Shown here: piece after piece, positions 13,862-25,206 of the stretch
Layout: each line of letters starts with the position of its first letter
Position numbering within the stretch: position 1 is the stretch's first letter
NCBI RefSeq assembly: GCF_006345805.1
Contig: NC_042998.1
Location: 190,278,001 to 190,342,000 of the forward strand
DNA from: Octopus sinensis
Taxonomy: Eukaryota
Length of the DNA stretch: 64,000 nt
Reading direction: 5' to 3'
Notes under the pieces: generated by a model
Told to the model about the DNA's origin: nothing
Database searches by the model: none
What the model saw: the letters and a program-made list of their open reading frames with translations, nothing else
Made by a program: the position numbers and the translations under genes

Positions 13862-15361
13862 TTAAATCACACTTAAACTCTATTATCTTAAAAAAAGGAA
13901 AGGCACATTGGATAACATAGTCCTAAGTCCGAGAAAAAGATTAGATCACTATAATTCAATCAGATTTAACCTAAATAACAATAACAAGTTGATAATTTTA
14001 CTAAAGCCCAACTAAATTCTTATTGTTTTGAAAATTAATTGAAAGACAGATAATGCATTCTAATAAGAAATGTTCCCTGAAAGGTAAATCTGAAGATTAC
14101 TAATATTAAAATATATCAGTAACAAATGTTGGAGATGGCAGAAGTGAAAAAGAAGTGTTTTCTGTTCTTGCTTTGCTTCATTTTCCAAAACTTGAAGGCA
14201 AGTGAAATTCAGTGTATAGAAATTTTTAGCGAGTAGATAAACAATTTACTAAATATTGAAGTGTCATTTGAAAGATTGCTGTAAGATCATATCTGAGAGA
14301 GATGTTTTCGTGCATGTTATTTAGATGGCATTTCAAAACTGAAGAAGTAAATTAGGATGTTATACCGATAAATAAAAATGTGCTGTTTTAATCATTGTGT
14401 AACAGTATCCTCTACTTGAATATGCTTTAGAAAATGAAATTGTGAGAAAATAATCTTTATTTGCCCTGAAGTGGAAAATATAAAGAACTTGTTACTGGAT
14501 ATTATCATCATATTACTAAAGAAAATATATAGAGTTACTATGGGATTTATGAAGAATTTAGCCATTTAAGTATATACACCACACAGTTTGTGAAAATTTA
14601 TCAACTTTTCATGTATTCACGTGCATGCATGCATGAGTGTGTATGTGTGTGTGTGTGCATGTATATACTTTGCAAAGAAAAGGTTGACAGTGACTGTGAA
14701 GTTTCTACTTACTAGCCATCATCGAACTGCAATGTAGTTAGGGTCTCCAAGATTTATATATATATAGTTTTTTTTTTTTTCAATGATGGAGTCACCCAGT
14801 GGATATGCAACTGCACATTCATACAAACATATCCAAAAATATGCATATAAACAGTGTATAATTTCATAAAGATATGCATTAAAAAAAATACATATACACA
14901 TATTCACATTCACACATATACATATATCATCATTTAACATCCACTTTCCCATGCTTATTTTGTTTTCTACAGCTGGATGCTGACAGTGGAGAAAGTGAAA
15001 GGAAAATTTAGTAACCAAATTAACAAATAATTAGAATGCTTACAAGGCCCAACATTTAACGAGAAAAGATTATAAAATACAGTAAAGCATAATAATTTAC
15101 AAAATCAAATCTCTCTATACTACACATTTTAGGCTGGATAACAAATTTTCCATAATACTAGATTTTACTTCTTATGTTATTGCACATTTTAATTACCTCA
15201 GTGTTTATCAAAGAGAAACTTTTTTTATGGTTGTTCGACCTGCTGTAAATGTTTCTCAGATCACACTCCACCAGCTTCATAAAGAACACTTTGGATAATA
15301 TGGTTCTAGGTTCTCTACATGTAGCAAAAAAGCAGGACAATCTTGACTGGAATGCCTTTAA

Positions 15362-15592
15362 CCCTTTAGTGTTTAAATTATTCAGTTAAATGTAATACTT
15401 CTTCATTCAAATTCATCATCATCAACTTGAATTAATCATGCATTATCTTATAGCTTTTGAGGTTTCAATGTTGTGATTGTTTATTTTTAGAATGTCACTG
15501 TAGATTAGGTGTGAGAGGCCAGATATTGCCAGTCTGAATATAAAACATGTAGAATATTTGAGCCAGATATGGCCGGTTTAAACACTAAAGGG
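15362..15592. mobile_element. TTAA-flanked (piggyBac-like) MITE
   Basis: TTAA at 15358-61 and 15593-96; TIR ccctttagtgtttaaa / tttaaacactaaaggg. Confidence 0.8.
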
Positions 15593-16124
15593 TTAAATAT
15601 AGGTCTGCTTGATAAAGACTGACCTGAAGCTGAACAATAACTAAATATATACCTTAGGAGAGTACACTACAAACTAATTCTTATATACACAATAAGAATT
15701 AATGCTACACATCCAATCAATTCATTCACACATTTTTCTTTTACATCAGTAAACATTCCATGAGTTCTTGCCAGCATTTTAACTCAGTGCTTCTCAAATT
15801 ACATATCAAAAATATTTCTATTTCACTGCAAATTTCACAGAAATAAAATAACTTATGTAATATATAGCACACTGTCACAGTATCTCTGACAAAGCAGACA
15901 GTTGATAACAAACATATAACATGTGTCATACTGACACAAAGAAGGAATGGTGACACAATGAAGAAATATCACACGCAACAGACCACTAGCATCAGAAGTG
16001 AGATTCATTACCACTAACATTCTGTAACTGTTATGAATTAATCCATACACAATATTAAGTTCTATATAGAGAAATATTTCAAATATTAAACACAATTAAA
16101 AATAAAAGAATTATATATACATAC

Positions 16125-16238
16125 CTCTTCATCTTTAAACCAAGAGAAAGTTTCTGCTGTCAGGACAAACCAAAAGTCTTTCGATCCACCTTTCATGAAG
16201 CTGATATTGTGCAAGGTCAACCACCCTCGACGTATTAC
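16125..16238 (-). CDS. dnm: Dynamin exon 13 (114 nt): [41 protein letters not shown]-terminal part
   Basis: cattttccag acceptor, gtatgt donor; phase 0 to 0. Confidence 0.98.
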
Positions 16239-16488
16239 CTGGAAAATGAAAGAGCAAAAATAAAAGTAGTAGTTTATTGAAAACCATTCTTAGACCCATG
16301 CAACTTTTAAAATAACATTTCTGCAAGAAAGTTATGCTATACTTCACAATGCCAATACCAACTTGTACAAAATCACAAACTTCACTATATGTATATATGT
16401 GCCTAGTTTTGGCATATGGGTTTATATTGCTGATACCCTAGTATTCATCATTACCACCACCAAATAATACAAAATAAACTGACATATG

Positions 16489-16642
16489 TATTTCTTTACT
16501 ACCCACAAGGGGCTAAGCACAGAGGGGACAAACAAGGACAGACAAACAGATTAAGACGATTACATCGAACACCAGTGCGTAACTGGTACTTAATTTATTG
16601 ACCCCGAAAGGATGAAAGGCAAAGTCAACCTCGGCGGAATAC
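16489..16642 (-). mobile_element. 5'-truncated OR2-like SINE (family B)
   Basis: Matches the 3' part of the copies at 21605, 32964 and 41505. Confidence 0.8.
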
Positions 16643-17049
16643 ATATGTGTTTATATTATAGGCCATCTTGTAACAACTGGGAAGTGGCAATGCTCAATAT
16701 GCAGAAAGGGAGTATGTAGGAATACAATACTGTGAACCCAATGCAAATAATGGGTACATAAAATGCAGTGGGATATTGACAGGTTGAAAGAAAAGGATTT
16801 CATATGCTCAGGAGTGACTAATAGTAAGAGCACCTAAGAAATGAAGTCCCTCAATTATTCATAAAGCTTCTTACATCTAGCTAATAGCTTCCATTATGAA
16901 GGTGACCTAATCAACACTAGAAGTAGGTGCTGAGAAAACACAGAAGCTAGAGTAAGGACATAGTGAAACAATTCAAAGCTATTAATTCTGCTGACAGCAA
17001 AGGTTTCTCTCAACAAGTGGGAAGGCAAAATATACAATACAGTTCTATA

Positions 17050-17205
17050 TTTAAGAGATGAGGAATTATGTACATTATTTACATTTGACGGATATTTGTC
17101 CTCATCATGTTTGTTGTTAACACAACGTTTCAGCTGATATACCCTACAGCCTTCATCAGGCATCTTGGGGAAATTTTGAACCTGGGTTCTCATTCCTAAG
17201 GTATT
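17050..17205 (-). mobile_element. Penelope-like element terminal fragment containing a hammerhead motif
   Basis: Minus strand cctgatgaaggctg...cagctgaaacgttgtg; homologous to 60205-60355. Confidence 0.7.
17119..17164 (-). ncRNA. Minimal type-I hammerhead ribozyme motif
   Basis: Stem I GAUGC/GUGUU, core CUGAUGA(+A), stem II GGCUG/CAGCU, GAAA, palindromic CG helix III, then UU cleavage site. Activity not shown. Confidence 0.6.
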
Positions 17206-17409
17206 TTGTCGCCGTCGTCATTATTATTATTATTATTATTATTATCATTATTATTCAGCAGTCTTCAAAACTTGCACTAAGAATAAATAGGTAAAATTAC
17301 TACCTGTGATGCAGGTAGTTTATTCTATCTCCCTCTGACTTTTAGTTCATGCAATTGAAAAAGCCACATTACTTATGTGATGATCCAATATACACACACA
17401 CATATATAT

Positions 17410-17808
17410 GCGCAGGTGTGGCTGTGTGGTATGAAGCTCACTTCCCAACCACATGGTTCCAAGTTCAATCCCACTGTGTGACACCTTGGGCAAGTGTCTA
17501 CTATATTAGCCTCAGGCCAACCAAAGCTTTGTAAGTGGATTTGGTAAATGGAAACAGAAAGAAGCCCATTGTGTATATATGTATGTATGTATATATCTAT
17601 GTGCTTGTGTCTTTGTATTTGTTTGCCTCACCACCACCACTGCCGGTGTTTTTGCATCCCCGTAATTTAGTGGTTCAGCAAAAGAGACCAATAAAATAAG
17701 TATTAGACTTTAAAATAATAAGTACTAGGGTCGATTCATTCAACTAAAAATTCAAGGCAGTGCCTCAGCATGGCCACAGTTTAATGACTGAAACAAGTAA
17801 AAGATAAA
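17410..17808 (+). mobile_element. About 400-bp tRNA-derived SINE (family A, OK-like), diverged copy
   Basis: A box ggctgtgtgg, B box agttcaatcc, central ccttgggcaagtg, gaaacaagtaaaaga tail. Confidence 0.85.
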
Positions 17809-17830
17809 ATATATATATGTGCATGCATAT

Positions 17831-17832
<2 letters not shown>

Positions 17833-17862
<30 letters not shown>
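17833..17862. repeat. (AT)n microsatellite just downstream of the exon 12 donor
   Basis: Read directly. Confidence 0.9.
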
Positions 17863-17865
<3 letters not shown>

Positions 17866-17871
17866 ACGTAC

Positions 17872-17920
17872 TTGATTCCCTAGTTTTCTTTTACTGGTGT
17901 TTTCAGACTTTTGTTGAGCA
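17872..17920 (-). CDS. dnm: Dynamin exon 12 (49 nt): AQQKSENTSKRKLGNQ, stalk-PH linker
   Basis: gtgttttttag acceptor, gtacgt donor; phase 2 to 0; AQQ...GNQ as in other dynamins. Confidence 0.95.
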
Positions 17921-18457
17921 CTAAAAAAACACAAATAAATAGTATTAGTTTGAAATAAAATATTTTGCTCTGAATTGATAAAACTGATTACACAATAAAA
18001 AAGCTGGTAGCATTTTTGTTTCTATCAACATTATTCGCGACAGGACAAATATATAAACTTAATATATAGGAGAAAATACAAAAAAAAAACAATTAAAGAC
18101 AATCACAACAATGAACAAAAAACACCAGTATTGCAGTGATAACACCTAGAATTGAAGTAAGTAAGATGTACAGCATGTCCTTTACAGCCATGCCCTTCAC
18201 CACTCCCTTTCTCTGTCAAGAGGTGCTTGTCTTGCAAGCTTGTACCACATAAAAAGCATCCGTTTCAGTGTCATGTAAAAAACACCCATTTCACTGACAC
18301 ATAATAAGTGCTCATTTTAGTGTCAGGGAAAAACACCCATGCTTGTTCTATGTGAAGGCACCTGTGCCAGTTCCACATAAACGGCACCTAAGCAGGTGCC
18401 ACATAAGAAGAACCCATGCTGATGCAAGGTAAAAGCGCCCATGCTGGTGTCATATAA

Positions 18458-18840
18458 GGGAAGCACTCCGTCGGTTACGACGATGAGGGTTCCGGTTGAT
18501 CCGAATCAACGGAACAGCCTGCTCGTGAAATTAACGTGTAAGTGGCTGAGCACTCCACAGACACGTGTCCCCTTAACGTAGTTCTCGGGGATATGCAGCA
18601 TGACACAGAGAGTGACAAGGCCGGCCCTTTAAAATACAGGCACAACAGAAACAGGAAGTAAGAGTGAGAGAAAGTTGTGGTGAAAGAGTACAGCAGGGAT
18701 CACCACCATCCCCTGCTGGAGCCTCGTGGAGCTTTAGGTGTTTTCGCTCAATAAACACTCACAATGCCCAGTCTGGGAATCGAAACCGCGATCCTATGAC
18801 CGTGAGTCCGCTGCCCTAACCACTGGGCCATTGCGCCTCC
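18458..18840 (-). mobile_element. About 385-bp tRNA-derived SINE (family C, OR1-like), inserted into an RTE 3'-end repeat
   Basis: Minus-strand head ggaggcgcaatggcccagtggttagggcagcggactc...tcgattcc; 13-bp TSD tggtgtcatataa at 18445-18457 and 18841-18853. Confidence 0.9.
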
Positions 18841-19359
18841 TGGTGTCATATAAACAGCACCCAGCACACTGTGAAGTGGTTGGCATTAGGAAAGGCATCC
18901 ACCCATAAGAATGTGCCAAAACAGACGATTGGAACCTGGCGCAGCTTTCCAGCTGGCCAGCTTCAGTCAAACCATCCAACACATGTCAGCATGGAAAACA
19001 GACATTAAACGATGATAATGATGAAGAAGAAGCAAATGCAAAAACTGTTAATGACAAAACACAACAGCAGGCCTTTGTAAAGTAAACAATAAACTTTCTG
19101 TTTTTGTGGATAATTTTCAAGATAATTTTAGATAGCTTACCACAAGATTTGTTAGAGAAGACAAAACTACAACTGAAACTTGAAATATGCTCATAGCAGA
19201 AAATGACAAGAAACATTTCTAATTGAAAGAGCTTTGTTTCAAGTAATTTATCTCAAACACTAAAATGACTGACTAATCTGACACTCAGCACATCAACCAC
19301 AAGCTCAGTGAGCAATGCAAACAGTGAAAATATTGCTGGAATGCTTTAATTCTTTCATA

Positions 19360-19700
19360 TTTAACATCCACTTTCCATGCTAGCATGGGTTGGACGATTT
19401 GACTGAGGTCTGGCAAACCAGATGGCTGCACCAGACTCCAATCTGATCTGGCAGAGTTTCTACAGCTGGATGCCCTTCCTAACGCCAACCACTCCGAAGG
19501 TGTAGTGGGTGCTTTTACGTGCCACCGGCATAAGGGCCAGTCAGGCGGTACTGGCAACGGCTACGCTCAAATGGTGCTTTTTATGTGCCACCTGCACAGG
19601 AGCCAGTCCAGCGGCACTGGCAATGACCTCGATCGAATGTTTTTTTACACACCACCAGTACAAGTGCTAGTAAGGCGATAAGGGTAAAGATCACACTCAA
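19360..19700 (-). mobile_element. RTE-LINE 3'-end repeat with subrepeated 3'UTR
   Basis: Family core sequence plus gtgccaccggcac subrepeats. Confidence 0.85.
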
Positions 19701-20644
19701 GACTGTAAAAACTTAAACTGCCACCCTACTATATTCATAAGTCCTGTTTGACTTGAAAATAGATTAAAAACAAAGAAAACTATAACTATGGCTACGACCA
19801 AAGACAACTTAAGTAGCATGAATATGTCAATGAAATACCTATATCAATAGGAAATATGTCCTGAAATAATGATTGCTACAAAATTGAATAAGGATAAATT
19901 GAAGGTAACCTAAAAAAAAACAATCTGAGATGGATTGGGTTATTAAAAATTATGAATTGAAATTCAGAAGGGTGGACAAGTTCATGTGCAGTAGGGAGAA
20001 ACTGAATTTAATACTGAAAAATTTCTTTTCTCTCAAATGAAAAGTCTGTTCTGAAATGTTAGATTTCAACATCTCTCCATGATATACAAACTTATCCAAA
20101 CTCACGAAATTCACAAAATACGAGAGGTTGAGTTGAAATGATCAGGTTTGCATCGAAAGAACTAGCAACTTTCTTATATGATAATGTTGATCGATATTAG
20201 TTAATATTCTTTGGCAACATAACCATGGAAGCTTCTAGGCCTCCTAGAAATAGCAGTCACATCTCACTCAAATCACACACAACTGTTTTAAAAAAGGAAA
20301 GAACACAAATAGAAATATAAAGGATAATGATGTCCTCCTAAAGATGCTCCGAAAAAGTTGGGATGGTCATGGCTTGTATGTTTCTGATCATAAGTCTGTT
20401 GGATTAGAATAGACACAGAGCTAAACGCTCCAGTTCACTTTTAGAAAGTATCAAGCTATGTTCTAATAGAAGCAAATGCAAGAGAACATTAATTACTATA
20501 ACTATGATGTATTGTAAGTATTAACTTGAATAAATTTAAATTTGAATCTAAATTTTTTAATTCTTTAGATTTCAATTATAATCATTACTTCAAAACTCTC
20601 AAAATAAAAATTGAATACTAAAATATTAAAAATCATCAACAACT

Positions 20645-21044
20645 AGGTGCAGGAGTGGCTGTGTGGTAAGTAGCTTGTTTACCAACCACATGGTACTGGG
20701 TTCAGTCTCACTGCGTGGCACCTTGGGCAAGTGTCTTCTACTATAGCCTCGGGCCGGCCAAAGCCTTGTGAGTGGATTTGGTAGACGGAAACTGAAAGAA
20801 GCCCATCGTATATATGTATATATATGTATATGTGTGTGTGCGTGTATGTTTGTCCCCCTCGCATTGCTTGACAACCGATGCTGGTGTGTTTATGTCCCCG
20901 TCACTTAGCGGTTCGGCAAAAGAGACCGATAGAATAAGTACTGGGCTTACAAAGAATAAATCCCAGGGTCGAGTTGCTCGATTAAAGGCGGTGCTCCAGC
21001 ATGACCGCAATCTAATGACTGAAACAAGTAAAAGAGTAAAAAAG
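20645..21044 (+). mobile_element. Family A SINE whose tail abuts the exon 11 donor
   Basis: Full A/B box head and tail; near-identical to the copies at 29366, 38185 and 47073. Confidence 0.92.
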
Positions 21045-21052
21045 TAACTTAC

Positions 21053-21210
21053 TTTGCAAAACCAATGAAATCTTCATGGTTTGTATTCATATATGCTAAT
21101 TGAATGTCAACCAAGAGAAGTAAATTATCTTTAGATTTCTGATCACGCTCACGAATAACAGAATTAACAATCCTTTCTGTTTCTTCTCGCAGAAGGGGGT
21201 AACGGGACAT
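21053..21210 (-). CDS. dnm: Dynamin exon 11 (158 nt): [52 protein letters not shown](N)
   Basis: cttttcag acceptor, gtaagt donor; [14 protein letters not shown] motif. Confidence 0.98.
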
Positions 21211-21297
21211 CTGAAAAGTAAGAATATAATATATAGATTTAGGTAAGAATATAATATATAAATTTAAGTCATTAAGAAATGAAAATTAAAATCTTAC

Positions 21298-21436
21298 TTT
21301 ATCAGTACATTTTCTCACTACACTTGTAAGTTCGGAAACAACCATATCAACACATTTTAAAGATGGTTCACGTAATTTTTCAATTTGTTTTTTGACAATT
21401 GTCTCAAAAGCCATGTCTGGTGTGAATAAACCAGTT
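21298..21436 (-). CDS. dnm: Dynamin exon 10 (139 nt): [46 protein letters not shown]
   Basis: tcttctag acceptor, gtaaga donor. Confidence 0.98.
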
Positions 21437-21604
21437 CTAGAAGACAAAAATTAAAAACATTTAGCCTTAAGAAATTAAAAATGATGATATGTTAATATAT
21501 AAAAAAAGAGAGCCTGTATGATGTAAGCTTTTTGAGGTGGGTTTTCTAAATCTTATTTATAACTATGATAGTATCATAGGTTATATGTTTTCAACCAGCT
21601 AATC

Positions 21605-21973
21605 TATTTCTTTACTACCCACAAGGGGTTAAACACAGAGAGGACAAACGGATTAAGTCGACTATATCGACCCCAGTGCGTAACTGGTACTTATTTAATC
21701 GGCCCCGAAAGGATGAAAGGCAAAGTTGACCTCGGTGGAATTTGAACTCAGAACGTAATGGCAGACGAAATACGGCTACGCTAAACACAGAGAGGACAAA
21801 CGGATTAAGTCGACTATATCGACCCCAGTGCGTAACTGGTACTTATTTAATCGACCCTGAAAGGATGAAAGGCAAAGTTGACCTCGGCGGAATTTGAACT
21901 CAGAACGTAATGGTAGACGAAATACAGCTACGCATTTCGCCCGGTGTGCTAACAATTCTGTCAACTCGCCACC
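21605..21973 (-). mobile_element. Family B SINE with an internal tandem duplication of about 155 bp
   Basis: 15-bp TSD ttcaaccagctaatc at 21590-21604 and 21974-21988; the taaacacagagaggac...gctacg block occurs twice. Confidence 0.92.
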
Positions 21974-23023
21974 TTCAACCAGCTAATCAATGAGCTACAG
22001 TATTTATGACTTTGAAAGTGGCAAGAGAGTATCTGTAGCTCATATATTTCATCTGATACTGACATTTGTTTTTCACTAGGATCTGTTTACTTCCAAATAA
22101 TTAAACAACTTATTGATATTTCAGCCAGCTTCAATAAGGGTCATCAATGTCTCAATTTTAACTGTTGCTTATCTACAACTCCAAAGAATGGGTTTACAAT
22201 GCAACATCTTACTATAAACCGCAGTCATGAAACAGAACATCAATTCCGAGATACTTACATTTCAATTCATCAGCCTACTTCTAATAGGAGAGTTTTTTAA
22301 CAAATATCAACCATGAAAATTAACAGTCCATAACAGGACACCAGTTTTCTATTAATCAGCTCAATATCTCCAATGCAGCTACTTACCAAAGTTTGCTTTA
22401 TTTACTACTTCATACAATTTAATTGTATCAGACACCTAGTGAACCATATACAACTCATTTCTCTACAACTACCACACAACCTGCTTTCAATACCTAAAGT
22501 TACAATGTCATCTTTAGCCATCTTACATAAGCACTAAACACTCTCTTCTACATGAAGAGAATTTATTGGTTCTCTTCATGTACTTTTCACCCACCTTGCA
22601 TTCTAACCATTTTCCTATTGCTAAACCCATATTTCCAGTTCTAACTCTGTCATATACATAGCAAAACTTATGTATTGTGACCAATGACTATTCATGCTAA
22701 TAGGTATTCTAGTACACCTGGTGCAACAAGTACATAATCTACTTTTGCTTTCTCATTGTTTGCAATGACTAGATGTTATTGACTCCTTGCTTATTCCTTT
22801 CTAATAAACTGTATCAAAAAATATTGTTAAATGTCTTTAATTACACAATGAAGCTACAAAGATCACTAATTTCACTAAGACTTTTATAAGAAATGTATGA
22901 GATGATACCTTCCAATTGTATTTATTTCTTTGCTGTATAACTTTGTTTTGCAGTAATATTGATCAAGAAAGAAAGATTTAAAAGTTAGTTTGAGTCGATT
23001 AAACGTTTTTAGTTTATACATCA

Positions 23024-23140
<117 letters not shown>

Positions 23141-23446
23141 CTAATAACAAAAAAGGGAAAAGAGACAGCAATTTTAATATAAATATATAAAATATGAATT
23201 ATGAAAACAAGAATGAATAAATGAATATCATAAGCTTGAAAACAAAATACTCTTTTATCGAGCAAAGGTTTTTCATGTCTCCTTTTTTGGCACCAAATTA
23301 TACATTTTCAAAGGTGTATCTCAATGCATTCTTCTTTTGTGCATGCATTCTTAAAGTGAGAGAGATTGTTCCAGAGATGGGAAAGCCTGCAAAGGTCATG
23401 AGCAGCAACCACTTCTTTTTTGTACTTATATTGGTACTTATACTGT

Positions 23447-23630
23447 GCCGGTGGCACGTAAAAAGCACCCACTACACTCGCGGAGTGATTGGCATTAGGA
23501 AGGGCATCCAGCCGTAGAAACACTGCCAGATCAGACTGGAGCCTGGTGCAGCCCCTGGCTTCCCAGACCCCGGTCGAACTGTCCAACCCGTGCTAGCACG
23601 GAAAACGAACGTTAAACGATGATGATGATT
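23447..23630 (+). mobile_element. RTE-LINE 3'-end repeat
   Basis: Family core sequence with gatgatgat tail. Confidence 0.85.
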
Positions 23631-24409
23631 GGTGTTCACCCCCAAGATGAGTTATACCAACTTGAACCAGTCCATAGCAATGCCAACAAGAACTGACTAG
23701 GCATGTCAATCACAAATGTCTGATGCAGAGATTATTAACCAGTTTCAAGTCCAAGGGACAATATCATATAATGCAAGGATTAAATATCAATTCAAAATCC
23801 AACTTAATCATGCTAATCCAGTTTCAGCTGTTCCCCACAAATTTAGGAGGGGAGAGGTATAATCGATTATATCAAGACCAATACCTGCTGGAAGAAAGAA
23901 AGCAATGTTGTAGCTGTTTAACCCCAAGTAAGCCATGATCCAGGAAACCTATGATCAAATACTTTAGAACAGTGAACTGTTCTTCAAGCATAATGTATCT
24001 AGAACCACATTATCTTGAGTCCATCCTTTTTCAAGATGGTAGGGTATTATTCAAGGGAAATTTGGTTGTTATTCCAAGCAGGAGGATCCCTTATTAGTTT
24101 ATTGGACTACATGGAGGGTTCCTTATTGGTTTATAAAAGCTAATCTCAACAGTATTTGACTACTTTTATCACTATCCCATTACACTTCTACCAGAATTTT
24201 CCTAGTTAATATCTTTAACAACAACCAAAACTATCAAAATCTCTCTTCCATAACTCATCCCTCTACCACCCTCTCACTCCTATCACTGATTTCCCTGTCA
24301 CACTCCTGATTATAATCTCCCTTCTTACATCCTCTTTCTCATCAATCTCTCTTAGTCACATTCAGTATTGTTTGCTTCGAACAGAGACACAGATTAAAGA
24401 GGAGTACCA

Positions 24410-24803
24410 TACGAGTGAGATCGTTGCCAGAGCAACAAGCTGGCCTCCGTGCCAATGGCATGTTAAAAAACCCCATTCGAGCGTGATCGTTACCTGCATC
24501 ACCTTACTAGCACCTGTACTAGTGGCACATGAAAAACATTCGAAGCGAGGTCGTTGCCAGTGTCGCTGGACTGGCTCCTGTGCAGATGGCCGTTGCCAGT
24601 ACCGCCTGACTGGCCCTCGTGCCGGTGGCACATAAAAGCACCCACTACACTCTTGGAGTGGTTGGCATTAGGAATGGCATCCAACTGAAGAAACTCTGCC
24701 AGATCAGATTGGAGTCTGATGCAGCCATCTGGTTTGCCAGCCCTCAGTCAAATCATCCAACCCATGCTAGCATGGAAAGCGGACATTAAATGATGATGAT
24801 GTT
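24410..24803 (+). mobile_element. RTE-LINE 3'-end repeat
   Basis: Family core, subrepeats and gatgatgat tail. Confidence 0.85.
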
Positions 24804-25206
24804 AACAATGGTTTCAATCTAAGTGGTTAACAAATAAGTGGAGACAACATAAGGCTGAGAGGACCCTTTAGTCATACCAAAGACATGACAACTCCTCTAA
24901 TGCTAGTATCATGATAAAACGTACCCAATGCACCTTGTAGTTAGTATAAGGAAAAGCATCATAGAACCCGTGCCAAATGTGAAACATAAAAGCAAGACAA
25001 GGTCCTCCAATCTGTGTGAAAGGGGCAGTAACTCCAAATAAGCACAGAGTCGCCTGTAATAACCCAACCAAACAATGCAGGTATGGAAAGCAGATACAAA
25101 ATGATGATCCTGTAATGGGGCATAACTAAGTATCACTAGGTATTTTGACTATCACTCGACCATAATAAAATAAAAATTAAATAAACATTCCTCTCAGATA
25201 TTGAAA

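Noticed and set aside
15741-16030. Further exon-like pieces (MLVVMNLT..., EIEIFLICNLRSTELKCW...) that can be phase-chained to the 15314 acceptor
   Set aside because: Weak donors, no recognisable protein, and the order is wrong for a PH duplicate; chaining is probably overfitting.
18780-18840. tRNA-like sequences (also near 20645, 44715, 59470 and 60113)
   Set aside because: They are SINE heads with A/B boxes that run into SINE bodies; no complete cloverleaf.
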